DNA of 64,000 bases from an uncultured Bacillales bacterium. GTDB taxonomy: Bacteria > Bacillota_I > Bacilli_A > RF39 > UBA660. The notes under the pieces are model-generated. The model worked only from the letters and a program-made list of their open reading frames with translations. It did no database searches and had not been told where the DNA came from. The translations under genes were made by a program, and so were the position numbers. Location: the NCBI GenBank assembly GCA_946539445.1, contig CAMNHK010000005.1, forward strand, positions 1,025-65,024. Direction: 5' to 3'. Positions 63,151 through 64,000 of the stretch are shown piece by piece (the first letter of the stretch is position 1; each line of letters opens with the position of its first letter).

Positions 63151-63466
63151 GTTGTTGTCTTAATTCAGCTAATCCACCATTTAATACTTTAGAAATCTCT
63201 TTTTGATTATCGGTTTCATAACCCTTAAAGCAAACTTTATCAATTCTATCGTGATTAAAAGCAAATACTTGATCACTTGTAATCATACCTTCTGGATAGA
63301 AGCAAGCTCCATAGTCAAATATTTGACCATCGATTTCAACTTTTCCGTTTTTGTCATAAACTTCTCCCGTTGGCATAATGCAATAACTTGTAATCATTAA
63401 TTCTCTTTTACCACCTTTTAATAATACTACTGTACCGATAGGTAAAAATTTGTCATCCATTTCCAT
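63140..63466 (-). CDS. DUF4176 family protein, second copy
   Basis: FLPIGTVVLLKGGKRELMITSY...FDYGACFYPEGMITSDQVFAFNHDRIDKVCFKGY. RBS AAGGGAGGAA. Confidence 0.7.
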   Translation of the reverse strand: MEMDDKFLPIGTVVLLKGGKRELMITSYCIMPTGEVYDKNGKVEIDGQIFDYGACFYPEGMITSDQVFAFNHDRIDKVCFKGYETDNQKEISKVLNGGLAELRQQQEG

Positions 63467-63484
63467 TCTAATTCCTCCCTTTTA

Positions 63485-64000
63485 TTATAAATCGGTTAAT
63501 TCGTCGTTGCCTCTAGCAACGTAACCATCATTTTCAATTGCTTGATAACTGAAATCGTCTTCATCTTCTAAATAGTTTTCTTTATCAGCTTCTGATGTAT
63601 CTTCATAAGAGAATTCCATATCGTTTTCTTCGTCTCCGTCCCACTCTTCTGTGTAGATATCATCATCTCCACCATTATCACTATTCTTCTTACGATCTAT
63701 GTATGCTTTAGCTCCTATTCCGGCAGCTGCTGCAGCACTTAATCCGGCTGCAATTGGAATTACTGCGCTACCTCCACTTCTACTTGTTGGAGAAAGTGGG
63801 GTTGAAGATGTAGGAACTTTTGAATATTTATTTCCTTTAATAATATCATCAATTGATGTGGTTGAACCATCCACTAAATCTGCTAAATCAACATCATCAT
63901 ATGGTGAACTTGGTGTATATCCTTCACCACTATATCCGCCACCACCATGGTTGTTATTAGTTGGTGATTCTGGATTAACTCCTGGATTAAATGGTGTTGT
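63485..64000 (-). CDS. C-terminal part of a larger protein (continues past window end): Gly/Ala-zipper TM helix (63701..63766) plus acidic tail
   Basis: The frame stays open from 64000 (…TTPFNPGVNPESPTNNNHGGGGYSGEGYTPSSPYDDVDLADLVDG…). The track 'M' at 63874 is an internal GTG. VIPIAAGLSAAAAAGIGAKAYI is followed by a D/E-rich tail. Confidence 0.6.
   Translation of the reverse strand, partial: TTPFNPGVNPESPTNNNHGGGGYSGEGYTPSSPYDDVDLADLVDGSTTSIDDIIKGNKYSKVPTSSTPLSPTSRSGGSAVIPIAAGLSAAAAAGIGAKAYIDRKKNSDNGGDDDIYTEEWDGDEENDMEFSYEDTSEADKENYLEDEDDFSYQAIENDGYVARGNDELTDL

Noticed and set aside
1-64000. Search by eye for CRISPR arrays, IS elements or inverted terminal repeats, integrases, phage genes, toxin-antitoxin pairs and known defence-system enzymes
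   Set aside because: No regularly spaced direct repeats were found. No transposase, recombinase or large nuclease/helicase/ATPase ORFs of unknown role were found either. Every large ORF is accounted for by housekeeping or the accessory genes described.

Overview
Low-GC (roughly 30% G+C by eye), densely coding chromosome segment of a spore-forming Firmicute. The lineage cannot be fixed from sequence alone; the short SMC and the gene content suggest an Erysipelotrichia- or Clostridia-like organism. Most of the window is housekeeping in Bacillus-like synteny blocks: comEA-comEC; ftsW/rodA; def; smc; rpsO-pnp; rimP-nusA-ylxR-infB-rbfA; truB; polC; rpsU-yqeY-yqfC-yqfD-ybeY-dgkA-cdd-era-recO; radC-mreC-mreD-spoIVFA-spoIVFB-tRNA-Ala; a Rel homolog; and T-box-HD-valS. 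I saw no rRNA, CRISPR array, transposase, integrase or phage genes. Four accessory patches stand out. (1) 14.2-19.1 kb (+): a WXG100 (ESAT-6-like) gene pair sits between two paralogous copies of an uncharacterised two-gene module (families A and B). The B proteins end in Gly/Ala-zipper helices and polyacidic tails. (2) 61.1-64.0 kb (-): a second locus holds two DUF4176 genes, each following a protein with the same Gly/Ala-zipper plus acidic-tail ending. It runs off the window end. No EssC-type ATPase or other type VII core gene lies in the window. (3) 45.7-48.7 kb (-): a bacteriocin-like operon (C39-ABC exporter, mini accessory protein, two double-glycine-leader peptides and a 50-aa membrane ORF). 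The three small ORFs are below the ORF-track cut-off and were found by hand translation. (4) 29.5-30.8 kb (-): a G+C-enriched DUF6273-like secreted protein gene inserted after polC. Other oddities: a spoIVFB homolog whose HExxH motif lies upstream of the first canonical start codon; a Rel protein with substituted synthetase catalytic residues and no C-terminal regulatory domains; a J-domain/TM/LysM protein; and a Val T-box that controls an HD-domain gene ahead of valS. All coordinates, translations and structures were derived by hand. No database search was possible.
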